A stretch of DNA of 32,513 nt from a virus (taxonomy: Duplodnaviria > Caudoviricetes): positions 1-32,513 of the IMG/VR virus record IMGVR_UViG_3300051213_000576; one strand, 5' to 3'. The notes under the pieces are model-generated. The model worked only from the letters and a program-made list of their open reading frames with translations. It searched no databases and was not told the origin of the DNA. The translations under genes were made by a program, and so were the position numbers. Position 1 is the stretch's first letter. Every line of letters begins with the position of its first letter. Below, one piece after another: positions 14,941-22,820 of this stretch.

Positions 14941-15094
14941 CCTCCCCTCCTTCCTCGTCACATCGGCAGAGCGGGCAGCTTGATGTTGTGCTTGGCCAGT
15001 CCCAGCTTCCGCACATGGTGCAGCTGAATGAGGCTCTTCGGGTTGTTGGGTAGTCGTCGTCGTCATGCCACAGCCTTTCGTCTTCTTGGTGCAT
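14933..15094 (-). CDS. 53 aa zinc-ribbon microprotein (not in ORF track)
   Basis: MHQEDERLWHDDDDYPTTRRASFSCTMCGSWDWPSTTSSCPLCRCDEEGGEDE; CxxC...CxxC; A/C-rich leader; stop overlaps the next start. Confidence 0.7.
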   Translation of the reverse strand: MHQEDERLWHDDDDYPTTRRASFSCTMCGSWDWPSTTSSCPLCRCDEEGGEDE

Positions 15095-15728
15095 TTTGTT
15101 TCTTGGTTAGCTTTTCCAAAACCTCCGCGCGGATCGGCGCGTACTTAGTCACGAACTCGTCGAGCGCCTCAGCCACTTTGTCGGTGTATTCGTCCCATGT
15201 TTGAAGGTGGGTGAATGGCTCGGTGCCTTCGTTGAAACTAACGAACCACCACTCCCGGAGGCCGGTCACAACCATCGAGCCATGCACTTGCGCGCGGTAC
15301 TGCTCAGGCACGCCGCCTTCGTAATGATAGAGCGCGTGATTCTCGATCAGCGGGCACTTGATCTCGACACCGCAGATCGGCTTACCCTTCGAGTAGACCA
15401 GCGCGTCGGGCGAGCAGCCGAGCACCGGGTTGTCATCCTTAGTCACAAAGCCAACGGTCCTCACATCGAGCTTCGACCATTCCTTGAACCACTCACGCGC
15501 GACCGGCTCAAGCTCATGGCCGCGATCGGTGTGGATGTTGCCGAGGAAGGCTGGTATCTCGTTCGGCTTTACGCATTCGCCAGCGAGGCGGATCGCGAGC
15601 TTTTCCCACTGGCTTGAGAGCTTGCCGGTCGGGGTGATGACCTTGGCCATCTGTGATGCCGTGAGCCTGCCTTTTCGGGCGCGAAACCAGTCTTCGCTCC
15701 CCTGTTCCATGTCGGGCCAGATAGTCAT
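15063..15728 (-). CDS. YqaJ / lambda-exonuclease family nuclease
   Basis: QGSEDWFRARKGRLTAS, RGHELEPVAR, CSPDAL, EIKCP and Y.AQV motifs. Confidence 0.93.
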   Translation of the reverse strand: MTIWPDMEQGSEDWFRARKGRLTASQMAKVITPTGKLSSQWEKLAIRLAGECVKPNEIPAFLGNIHTDRGHELEPVAREWFKEWSKLDVRTVGFVTKDDNPVLGCSPDALVYSKGKPICGVEIKCPLIENHALYHYEGGVPEQYRAQVHGSMVVTGLREWWFVSFNEGTEPFTHLQTWDEYTDKVAEALDEFVTKYAPIRAEVLEKLTKKQNAPRRRKAVA

Positions 15729-16045
15729 CGGGCGCCTCCTTTCGGTTTGATCATTCCGGCCTCGATCGCCGCGTTGTAAATCGCCCGTAGCGATTTCTCC
15801 GGCAGCGCCATCAACTCGGTGAGGATAATGTCGGTCTCGCGCTCCCGCTTGATCAGGATCACGCCGGTGCCGTCACGATGAGTCAAAGTCTCGGTGGTGT
15901 AGCCACGGTAGTTCGCCGCTGAGACGGCGTTGTCGATCAAGTCGCATGAGAGCGAATAGACCGCGCGCATGCCGCTGAGGTGGAAGAATCGGTCCCAGTC
16001 GATTCCACTGCGCTTGAGCGTGCGTTTGGATTCTGCGAGCTTCAC
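15725..16045 (-). CDS. Hypothetical protein
   Basis: GTG start coupled to the upstream stop, behind GGAGG. Confidence 0.7.
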   Translation of the reverse strand: MKLAESKRTLKRSGIDWDRFFHLSGMRAVYSLSCDLIDNAVSAANYRGYTTETLTHRDGTGVILIKRERETDIILTELMALPEKSLRAIYNAAIEAGMIKPKGGAR

Positions 16046-16224
16046 ATGACCTCCTTCCATGCTTGATTGACCGCGTTCGAGAGCACCTGCGCCTTTGCGA
16101 TATTTTGCTGGTAAAGAAGCGCCTCCTTCTTGGCTTTGAGTGATGCCAAGGCCATTTTGAATGCGTCCTTAAAGATCCGCCACTCGGCATCGATCGCCTC
16201 GCGTTGAACGGGTTCGTGGCTCAT
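16042..16224 (-). CDS. Hypothetical protein
   Basis: 60 aa; SD and ATGA overlap. Confidence 0.7.
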   Translation of the reverse strand: MSHEPVQREAIDAEWRIFKDAFKMALASLKAKKEALLYQQNIAKAQVLSNAVNQAWKEVM

Positions 16225-17045
16225 GCTTCGCCTCCTTTTTCATCGCCCCAGTCAGCCTCGGGCATGTCTTCGAGGTTCACCACCGGCGCTTCATCTTTCG
16301 GCGCGGGCGGCAATGCCAGAAACGGGTCAATCACCGATGCAGGCGCTGCGGCCGGTGTGACATTGCGCATCGAATACTGGTCATCGTCTTTGGTGACATG
16401 ATCCATGATATCGCTCGAAAGCGGCAGCATCTTCGAGAGGCGGCGAACGACGGTCTTCTTTGCCATCTCCGCCCAATCCGTTGTCCAAGGGCTGTCCTGC
16501 TGTGATCTGCTGCGCTTGCGGATCGCCTCAACCTCTTCGTGGGTCATGACTGCCGTCTGTCGTTCGCCGCTTTTCATCACGGCCTCGGCATAGACGGCTT
16601 CAACTTTCCCGCGATTCACGCGCCAGTTGATCACATGGTCGATCTCCCCGTTCTTCCATGTGAAAAGGTCTTTTTCGCAAACGGTTTCAGCCCGGAGTGA
16701 TACCACATCGCCGCTGCGGCGAATCAGTTCCACAAGGCCTTTGTAGTCGACGATCAACTGGCACTCGACCGTGCCTTGCTTGCGGTTGTTGTACGGGATC
16801 AAGTGCGCCCGGCGGCCATCCGGCTCAAGACCCATGGCGCTCAAATCGAGCAGGCATTTCATCAGGCTCGTGGGCGTGCATTCCATGAGCTTCGGAGTGC
16901 GCGACAAAGCGGTGATCGCCACTCGCGAAAATCTCTCCGGCGAGAGGTGCTTGGGAAGAGCGCGGGCGAATTGCTCGCGCATGCTGTCCGAGTTGATGAG
17001 CTCTTTGAGCCCCTGCGGTTTTGCTTTTTTGATTTCAGTTGTCAT
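16221..17045 (-). CDS. recT: RecT-family single-strand annealing protein
   Basis: ALPKHLSPERF, GLEPD...AHLIPY, QLIVDYKGLVEL, SPW...EMAKKTVVRRLSKMLPLS. Confidence 0.95.
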   Translation of the reverse strand: MTTEIKKAKPQGLKELINSDSMREQFARALPKHLSPERFSRVAITALSRTPKLMECTPTSLMKCLLDLSAMGLEPDGRRAHLIPYNNRKQGTVECQLIVDYKGLVELIRRSGDVVSLRAETVCEKDLFTWKNGEIDHVINWRVNRGKVEAVYAEAVMKSGERQTAVMTHEEVEAIRKRSRSQQDSPWTTDWAEMAKKTVVRRLSKMLPLSSDIMDHVTKDDDQYSMRNVTPAAAPASVIDPFLALPPAPKDEAPVVNLEDMPEADWGDEKGGEA

Positions 17046-17063
17046 TGGTTGTAGTAGTTAGGG

Positions 17064-17363
17064 TTAAAGGTTCGGCAGCTCCGGTTGATCGGGATCGGGG
17101 AGCTTGGAGGTGATGGTGCTTTGATAGGTGGCGCTGAAGCGCACGGTCGTCTCGATCGTCGCGGCTTCCAGATCGACGGCGGCGGAGATCGCGAGCTTCA
17201 GCGGCGGGAATTTCTTCTCGTTCGCGTTCGACTCTTCGATGTTCTCGTGCCACGCGCGGAGGATGTCGGCGGATCGCTCCTGCATGGCTTCGCGGGCTTG
17301 GGCGACGATGGTCTCGATGAACGAGTCCATCCGGTCTTCTGGTATAGTGTTGATTTCGGGCAT
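17064..17363 (-). CDS. Hypothetical protein
   Basis: 99 aa ending in PDPDQPELPNL. Confidence 0.75.
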   Translation of the reverse strand: MPEINTIPEDRMDSFIETIVAQAREAMQERSADILRAWHENIEESNANEKKFPPLKLAISAAVDLEAATIETTVRFSATYQSTITSKLPDPDQPELPNL

Positions 17364-17374
17364 TGGTTCGGGTG

Positions 17375-17950
17375 TTAGGTGAATGGTGATCCTATTTTTG
17401 AGGTTAAATATTTATTTTTTGAGCGCGATCGTGTTCCGATTGATATTATCTCTTTTTGAATATCATCCATGTCTTCGCGACTTGGCTGATTGTAAAAACC
17501 CATCGGTCGTTCTATTAAAATCCAGCCGTAATCGCATTCGGCAAATTCTTCAAAAAATACAATCATTCCCCATGCTGCATCTTCTGTTAGTTTTCCTTTT
17601 ACAAATGATGAGATGTAAGAAATAAATTTTTTAGATGTTTCCTTGATAAGCGCACAATCTAAGTCCGCATGGAAAATATGAACTCCTTCTGGGATGTCGT
17701 ACCTTGCTCGAAGTTCTATGCTTTTTTTATTGATAATTCTTTCCTCTTCGGCGCACTGCAGTTCCTCAGTTACTTCATTCATTAACTTGTCCAATTCGGA
17801 CTGCTCTGACCCACCATTTACAAAATATGTAAGATCGCTTTGGGCGTTAACTACGCGCATCAGGCGATCTTCAATCTGTGCAATGGCGATTTTGATTTCA
17901 GTCGCTGTAAGTTCTCGATTATTCTGATTGGTTTCGGTTGCGGTTTCCAT
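17375..17950 (-). CDS. Hypothetical protein, AT-rich
   Basis: 191 aa ORF overlapping the helicase 3' end. Confidence 0.7.
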   Translation of the reverse strand: METATETNQNNRELTATEIKIAIAQIEDRLMRVVNAQSDLTYFVNGGSEQSELDKLMNEVTEELQCAEEERIINKKSIELRARYDIPEGVHIFHADLDCALIKETSKKFISYISSFVKGKLTEDAAWGMIVFFEEFAECDYGWILIERPMGFYNQPSREDMDDIQKEIISIGTRSRSKNKYLTSKIGSPFT

Positions 17951-18960
17951 TCTTTGAGTTCCTCTCCTTGGTTGTATTCGTATTTTTGCTCCTCTTCTGA
18001 GTGTTGGCTTTTTGTGAGCGTTCGAGATTCAGTTGATTCTACTTTTCCATTCAGATCATAGATCTCTCGGTCGTATATTGATCCGTGAAGCACGCCGTTT
18101 CCGGCGAGATCTAGTACAGTGCATTCTGTCTTGCCGGGCGCATTACGAGTCCCGCGACCTATCATTTGTTTCCAAAGGCATCGGCTCAATGTGTGGCGAT
18201 TCAAGACTACTAAATCCACATTCGGGACATCCACTCCCTCTGTGAAGATGGTGTGATTGCACATAACTTTGAGCCTGCCTTTCGAGAATTTGCGGAATAG
18301 CTTTTCGCGCTTTTTTAGGTCAGTTGAGCTATCGACGCTGGCCGCTGAAATTCCGGCTGCATTCAATAGTTGAGCTAATTCTTGGGCCTCCCATACAGAT
18401 CGGCAGAAGACGACTCCTTTGGTAAATGCGGTTTGGTTGATCCGATTAGATGCAGCATCCGGTGACCATGCGGCTGTGTGCTCAGATCGCGGAATATAAA
18501 CACGAGCCCGGCAAAGGGTTCCATCTTCGGTTAGGTCGTATGTGTCTGGGCCGTGGATTATCTTAGAAAAACCGCATGAACCTAGCCCAACTCCATCCAA
18601 TCGGTACGGGGTAGCAGTAAGGGCTATAATTTTAGCTAGTGGGTATCCTGCAAGAATCTTTCGATATTGTGCGGCACATACATGGTGGCCCTCGTCGATT
18701 ATGATAGTATCATATTGACCTGTGATCTCGCCTTGTGCCATAAAGACATCAAGATTTTGTCCGTATTCGCGAGCTTGCTTTGCTAGTTCTTTGCGATGCG
18801 TGACCCATGCTGTTGTGCCAGCCAGATTTGGAAGCAGTCCGTGGATTGCAATGACGGTCTTGCCGGACCCGGTTGGACAAGCGACCACGACGCGTCTATG
18901 CACTTGGAGAGCCGATAGCGTCTCTGTTGCAATTTTTTCCTGATAGTCTCGCAGTCTCAT
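17860..18960 (-). CDS. Superfamily 2 DExH helicase
   Basis: LRDYQ, PTGSGKT, DEGHH, TATP, EGVDVP and QMIGRGTR motifs. Confidence 0.93.
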   Translation of the reverse strand: MRLRDYQEKIATETLSALQVHRRVVVACPTGSGKTVIAIHGLLPNLAGTTAWVTHRKELAKQAREYGQNLDVFMAQGEITGQYDTIIIDEGHHVCAAQYRKILAGYPLAKIIALTATPYRLDGVGLGSCGFSKIIHGPDTYDLTEDGTLCRARVYIPRSEHTAAWSPDAASNRINQTAFTKGVVFCRSVWEAQELAQLLNAAGISAASVDSSTDLKKREKLFRKFSKGRLKVMCNHTIFTEGVDVPNVDLVVLNRHTLSRCLWKQMIGRGTRNAPGKTECTVLDLAGNGVLHGSIYDREIYDLNGKVESTESRTLTKSQHSEEEQKYEYNQGEELKEWKPQPKPIRIIENLQRLKSKSPLHRLKIA

Positions 18961-18974
18961 TTAATGAACGGGTG

Positions 18975-19325
18975 TTAGGAAATGAGGCGATGCGCCATTT
19001 GGCGGATTTGGATCGAGCGGCGCTTCATGGCATCGCATTGCGAATCGAGGCGCTGATAGACCTCGCGGCACTCGTCGAAGGTGCAGTGGTTGATGTGGCG
19101 GTAGCCGGGACAGCCGGGGCCGCTGATGATGATACCCTCCGAGTGCTGAGCCAGTGATCGGATCTTGCGTTCGTTATAGCCGAGACTCGCGGCGATTTGT
19201 TTGGCGTTCACCCAGCCTTTAGCCGAAGCCCAGAGCAGGAAGTCGATCAACTGATCAACCTCCGCCGCCGCTGGTGCTGGCATCTTCTTTGCCTCAAAAT
19301 CAAAGTCACATTGGGTGGCGGTCAT
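18975..19325 (-). CDS. Putative wHTH DNA-binding protein
   Basis: AKQIAASLGYNERKIRSL...GPGCPGY. Confidence 0.65.
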   Translation of the reverse strand: MTATQCDFDFEAKKMPAPAAAEVDQLIDFLLWASAKGWVNAKQIAASLGYNERKIRSLAQHSEGIIISGPGCPGYRHINHCTFDECREVYQRLDSQCDAMKRRSIQIRQMAHRLIS

Positions 19326-19500
19326 TTTTTGGGGTGGGTTGGATGTTCAGCTTCCGGCGGTTGGCCTCGCGTTCGAGCACGGCGAGGCGTTTCTTGCCCC
19401 AGCTCCCGAGGTAGTCGCTGCGGCTGTCGCGCAGGTTTTTGATTGCCTCGATGAGCGTGTGGTCGTCGTAGGTGGTTGGGTCGAATGCCATGGCGGTCAT
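19306..19500 (-). CDS. Hypothetical protein
   Basis: 64 aa, coupled overlaps. Confidence 0.65.
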   Translation of the reverse strand: MTAMAFDPTTYDDHTLIEAIKNLRDSRSDYLGSWGKKRLAVLEREANRRKLNIQPTPKNDRHPM

Positions 19501-19685
19501 TTGATTGATGCGCGCATCGCGGCGGCAGCGGTTTCGTGGGGTTTCTCGATCAAGGCGAATGCCGCTCTTGTGAGTTGGAAGATCGACTTCGCGGTCTTCA
19601 TCGCGGCCTCGCGTGATGAGGCTGAAACGACGCAGAGGTAGTCGCGTCCTGGCGCGGTGAAGATCCTGTATCGTTGTGGCTTCAT
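19497..19685 (-). CDS. Hypothetical protein
   Basis: 62 aa from MKPQRYRIF; ATGA overlaps at both ends. Confidence 0.65.
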   Translation of the reverse strand: MKPQRYRIFTAPGRDYLCVVSASSREAAMKTAKSIFQLTRAAFALIEKPHETAAAAMRASIK

Positions 19686-19921
19686 GCGTTGAGTTTCCGG
19701 TGTGCGGCCTCGGTGATGAGCACGCCGTTGCCTTCGGCGGGCGCGAACTTCTCGACTTGATGTTCGAGCATCTGAAGCGCCATGACCTCGCGCGCGGTGT
19801 GCGGCATGACGAGGTGCATGGTCTCGTTTCGTTCCGTGGTTCGCACGCTGTCGGCGTAGGCCGTGCGCTGGGCGATGATGACCGTCGGGCGCTGAATGCG
19901 TTGGGTGATGGGGAAGATCAT
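19682..19921 (-). CDS. Hypothetical protein
   Basis: 79 aa with A/C-rich leader. Confidence 0.65.
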   Translation of the reverse strand: MIFPITQRIQRPTVIIAQRTAYADSVRTTERNETMHLVMPHTAREVMALQMLEHQVEKFAPAEGNGVLITEAAHRKLNA

Positions 19922-19944
19922 TGGTTGTAGCTATGGTTCGAGAT

Positions 19945-20223
19945 TCACAGGCGGGGCCGGATCGCGCGGCGGGCTTCGTACACCGCTTGTTCGAGGCCGA
20001 TCTTGTAGAGGCGCCCTGACTCACGGGCGGCGATGCCTGCCCAGATCGCGGAGCCTATGGCTGTGGCGATGAGGCCGAAGAGCCACAGAGGATTTGCGCC
20101 TTGGTGGTTGTCGATGATCGCGCCGGGTATCCAGCAGACGGCTGCGGCGGTAATCATCAAAGCGAGTGTTGCCTGCATCGCGGAGGCGCGTGAGTTGCGG
20201 TAGTAGCGTTCGGATAGTTTCAT
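19945..20223 (-). CDS. Two-TM membrane protein
   Basis: Two hydrophobic stretches; A/C-rich leader. Confidence 0.75.
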   Translation of the reverse strand: MKLSERYYRNSRASAMQATLALMITAAAVCWIPGAIIDNHQGANPLWLFGLIATAIGSAIWAGIAARESGRLYKIGLEQAVYEARRAIRPRL

Positions 20224-20241
20224 TGGTGGTTGGGTTGGGTG

Positions 20242-20469
20242 TTAGATGAGAGGAACGAGATCGCTCGGAGCGGCGATCGACTGCCGGTTGCGCTTGGCGC
20301 GTTTGGCGAGGGCGGCGCGGACTTTTTCGAGGTCGAAGCGGATGAGGCGGCCTTCGTGAATTTCCGCGTCGATCACTTCGTCGCGGTAGAGGCGAAGCAC
20401 GGCGTTGACTGAGATGCCGAGTTGCTTCCCAAGGGCGTTCGCGGAAAAGAGAGCTGGCTTGGTTTTCAC
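20242..20469 (-). CDS. Excisionase-like / MerR-type HTH protein
   Basis: SANALGKQLGISVNAVLRLYRDEVI...IRFDLEKVRAAL. Confidence 0.75.
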   Translation of the reverse strand: MKTKPALFSANALGKQLGISVNAVLRLYRDEVIDAEIHEGRLIRFDLEKVRAALAKRAKRNRQSIAAPSDLVPLI

Positions 20470-20654
20470 TCGCCCCTCCCTTCCAGTTGAGCCTTGGCGG
20501 CGGCGGTGAGAATTTCACGGATCGACTCTTGGACCGTCTTGCCTGTCGCGCTGTACGCGATGATGTAGTCCTTGGTTTTCTCCGGCAGAGCCGAGAGCGG
20601 GATTGTCGGCAAAGTGCTTATTTCAAGCGGTTTTGAAAGCGTGTCGGCGTTCAT
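20466..20654 (-). CDS. Cro-position small regulator
   Basis: First gene of the leftward early operon, divergent from the repressor-like gene. Confidence 0.6.
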   Translation of the reverse strand: MNADTLSKPLEISTLPTIPLSALPEKTKDYIIAYSATGKTVQESIREILTAAAKAQLEGRGE

Positions 20655-20755
20655 GTCGCCCCCGTTTTATGGGAAATTCCCATAAGGTCAATAGGAAAAT
20701 AACATAATCGCGTAATTTTTATGGGAAAGTCCCACAGGGAGGGTACATTCCCTGC
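20655..20755. promoter_or_regulatory. Lysis/lysogeny switch: divergent promoters and operators
   Basis: Palindrome TTATGGGAAATTCCCATAA (20667-20685), near copy at 20719-20737, degenerate copy at 20689-20707; leftward TTGACC...TAAAAC; rightward TACATT 6 nt before ATG. Confidence 0.8.
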
Positions 20756-21160
20756 ATGATTCCGTTCGACGAAATTGACCAGCGCCTTCTGGAACTAGGC
20801 AAAAACCGAAAATGGCTAGTCGAAGTGACTGGCCGTTCGGATCATGCTATTCGTGCCGCGCTTGCTCCAAACGCGGCCAAAAAATCCCGCAGCACCCTGC
20901 TGCAAAAGGCTCTCACTGATGCCATCGAGCGCGAGAAGTTCAGGCAATCCAATGAGAAGTCCGAGTTCAAAAAGATCCTTCAGCTTGAGCCGAAGGAAAA
21001 AGAGTACCGCCTATGGTCGCGCGCTTGGAAGAAGAGCAAACACGACAGGCTCGAAGAATGGATGGTTGCGGCCTTGAATGAAGCGTCCGGCGCTCTGCGG
21101 ATCGTAGATGAGCCCAAGGTCGCCGAAGATCCTGCCGACTATGGATCAAAGACCTCGTGA
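20756..21160 (+). CDS. Repressor-like HTH protein
   Basis: IDQRLLELGKNRKWLVEVTGRSDHAIRAAL HTH; divergent from the early operon; VAEDPADY tail. Confidence 0.7.
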   Translation: MIPFDEIDQRLLELGKNRKWLVEVTGRSDHAIRAALAPNAAKKSRSTLLQKALTDAIEREKFRQSNEKSEFKKILQLEPKEKEYRLWSRAWKKSKHDRLEEWMVAALNEASGALRIVDEPKVAEDPADYGSKTS

Positions 21161-21302
21161 AAGTGATCGCCATGTATCCAGCGAGGCTGTATCCCAAATG
21201 GTTGTCAATCGTCCACACTTTTACCGCTTCGGTAATGCTGGGGTGATCAATTCGGTGGTCTCACCGATATGGTTCTGACCATTTAGAGATCGTGTCACGA
21301 AG

Positions 21303-21499
21303 TGTCAATAATGGCAATAAAGTGGCAATTTTCGCAACATGTTCAAAAAACATGTTAAAAAACAAAGGTTTTCTTTCATTCGTAATGTGCAGGCCGAGAG
21401 TTCGAATCTCTCCAGCGGCTCCATTTTCCTAGGATTTTTATCCGCTTATTTTCCTTTTTGTTTCGTTTTTGTTGCGCGTTGCGGCAATAATGGCAATTT
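21303..21499. other. attP region with arm-type repeats
   Basis: GGCAAT/GTCAAT repeats at 21303-21330 and 21483-21499 flank the tRNA-identical core. Confidence 0.75.
21377..21423 (+). other. attP core: 3' half of tRNA-Thr(CGT)
   Basis: Anticodon loop TTCGTAA, T-arm GAGAG-TTCGAAT-CTCTC, acceptor strand CAGCGGC-T-CCA; the 5' half is absent. Confidence 0.9.
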
Positions 21500-21504
21500 A
21501 AGCC

Positions 21505-22560
21505 ATGCCAAAACTCCCAGAATTTGAGCCGGTCCAAACATCCGCCGGTTGGATGGTGTCGGTTCCGCCGAAAATGTCGGCGGATGGAAAGCGCCACCGG
21601 AAGTTTTTCTCAGTGAAGCGCGACGCGGATCGGTATGCCGGGAAACTGCGGGCCTCATGGGCATCGGGGCTTCGTGGCGGCATGATACCGGCGAGCGTTG
21701 CTATGGAGGCGCAGAGGGCGCTCGCAGTACTTGAAGGCACCGGCATCGGGTTGCTTGAGGCAGCGAAGATCGTGGCAAAGCAGATGGCGAGCTCAGGCGC
21801 GCAGGAAACATTCTTGCAGCGGTACGATCGAGCGGTGCTTGATGGCGAAGGTCGCTGGTCGAAACGCTACCGGCAGGACATGGTTCGAATGCTGCGCTGG
21901 CTGCCGAAGAAATTCCTATCCCTCCCCTGCGGGACGATCGACCGCGCGGTTGTCGAGGCTGCGCTTGTGCAGGATCGGCCACTTGCTCGCTCCACGATCG
22001 ATGCCAGGACAACGCGGGTGCTGGCGGTTCTTCACTACCGCGAGCGCCACCGCAAATCGAGCGAGATCAAGATCCTCACCTTGGCGGAGGTTGAGGCGGT
22101 GATCTCTCATTGCCAGTCGCCCGAGGAGCGCCGTGTGGTGGCGCTGTTGGCCTTTGCGGGCATCCGACCGGATGCTGAGAGCGGAGAGATCGCGCGGCTC
22201 AACTGGGAGGCTGTGGGAGCGAAGGAAATCTACATCGCGCCAGCGACCTCGAAGACCGGCAGCGACCGGCACATTCCGCTGACGCCGCGGCTGAGGGCGG
22301 AGCTTGCGGGCCATCCTGCCAGCGGGCCGGTGTTGCCTGCGGGTTGGCGGCGTGCTTGGCAGCGGATCAGGAAGGCATCAGGCATCGCGGGCGAGCAGGA
22401 CATCCTGCGGCATTCGTTCGCGTCGCACTACCTCGCGGCGACTGATGAAGCGCAGGCCAAGGCGGCGATGGGTCACACGGCGGGAAGCTCGACGCTCTTC
22501 CGCCACTACCGGCGGGCGGTGACGCAGGCCGATGGGTTGGCTTACTTCGGCCTTGAGTAG
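21505..22560 (+). CDS. int: Tyrosine integrase
   Basis: AGIRP (R), SKTG (K), ILRHSFAS, MGH and RHY catalytic motifs; adjacent to attP. Confidence 0.93.
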   Translation: MPKLPEFEPVQTSAGWMVSVPPKMSADGKRHRKFFSVKRDADRYAGKLRASWASGLRGGMIPASVAMEAQRALAVLEGTGIGLLEAAKIVAKQMASSGAQETFLQRYDRAVLDGEGRWSKRYRQDMVRMLRWLPKKFLSLPCGTIDRAVVEAALVQDRPLARSTIDARTTRVLAVLHYRERHRKSSEIKILTLAEVEAVISHCQSPEERRVVALLAFAGIRPDAESGEIARLNWEAVGAKEIYIAPATSKTGSDRHIPLTPRLRAELAGHPASGPVLPAGWRRAWQRIRKASGIAGEQDILRHSFASHYLAATDEAQAKAAMGHTAGSSTLFRHYRRAVTQADGLAYFGLE

Positions 22561-22602
22561 GCTTAATTGAGCCTTCGGTTGGCTTACTTCGGCCTTGAGT
22601 AG
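22535..22602. repeat. 26 bp direct repeat with 16 bp spacer
   Basis: GGTTGGCTTACTTCGGCCTTGAGTAG at 22535-22560 and 22577-22602. Confidence 0.95.
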
Positions 22603-22820
22603 AAGTTCGATTGCTTGCCTTCGATTCGACCTTTGCGCATGATCAGCCTGCCATCGTTGACCATGAGCTTGAGTCGATACAGCGCGGTGGCGTGTGTGAT
22701 GTTTGCTTTCGTCGCAAACTCCAACGCGGTGAACTCATCCGCTCGGATCGGTTCGTCAATGACTTGCGACAGCGCAAAGTCGAGCGCGGAGAGCGCGGTC
22801 TTGGTGTTTTGTTTTTTCAT
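22584..22820 (-). CDS. Small wHTH protein
   Basis: 78 aa from MKKQNTK; FTALEFATKANITHATALYRLKLMVNDGRL; start overlaps the upstream stop. Confidence 0.7.
   Translation of the reverse strand: MKKQNTKTALSALDFALSQVIDEPIRADEFTALEFATKANITHATALYRLKLMVNDGRLIMRKGRIEGKQSNFYSRPK

Noticed and set aside
21203-21308. TTGACA copies near attP as late motifs
   Set aside because: They lack the leading T of TTTGACA, have no suitable gene behind them, and one is part of the arm-type repeats.
21377-21423. Functional tRNA-Thr gene
   Set aside because: The 5' acceptor strand, D-arm and most of the 5' anticodon stem are missing; it is an att core.
22535-22602. Mini-CRISPR array or att site
   Set aside because: Only two copies with a 16 bp spacer, both coding; attP is explained by the tRNA fragment.
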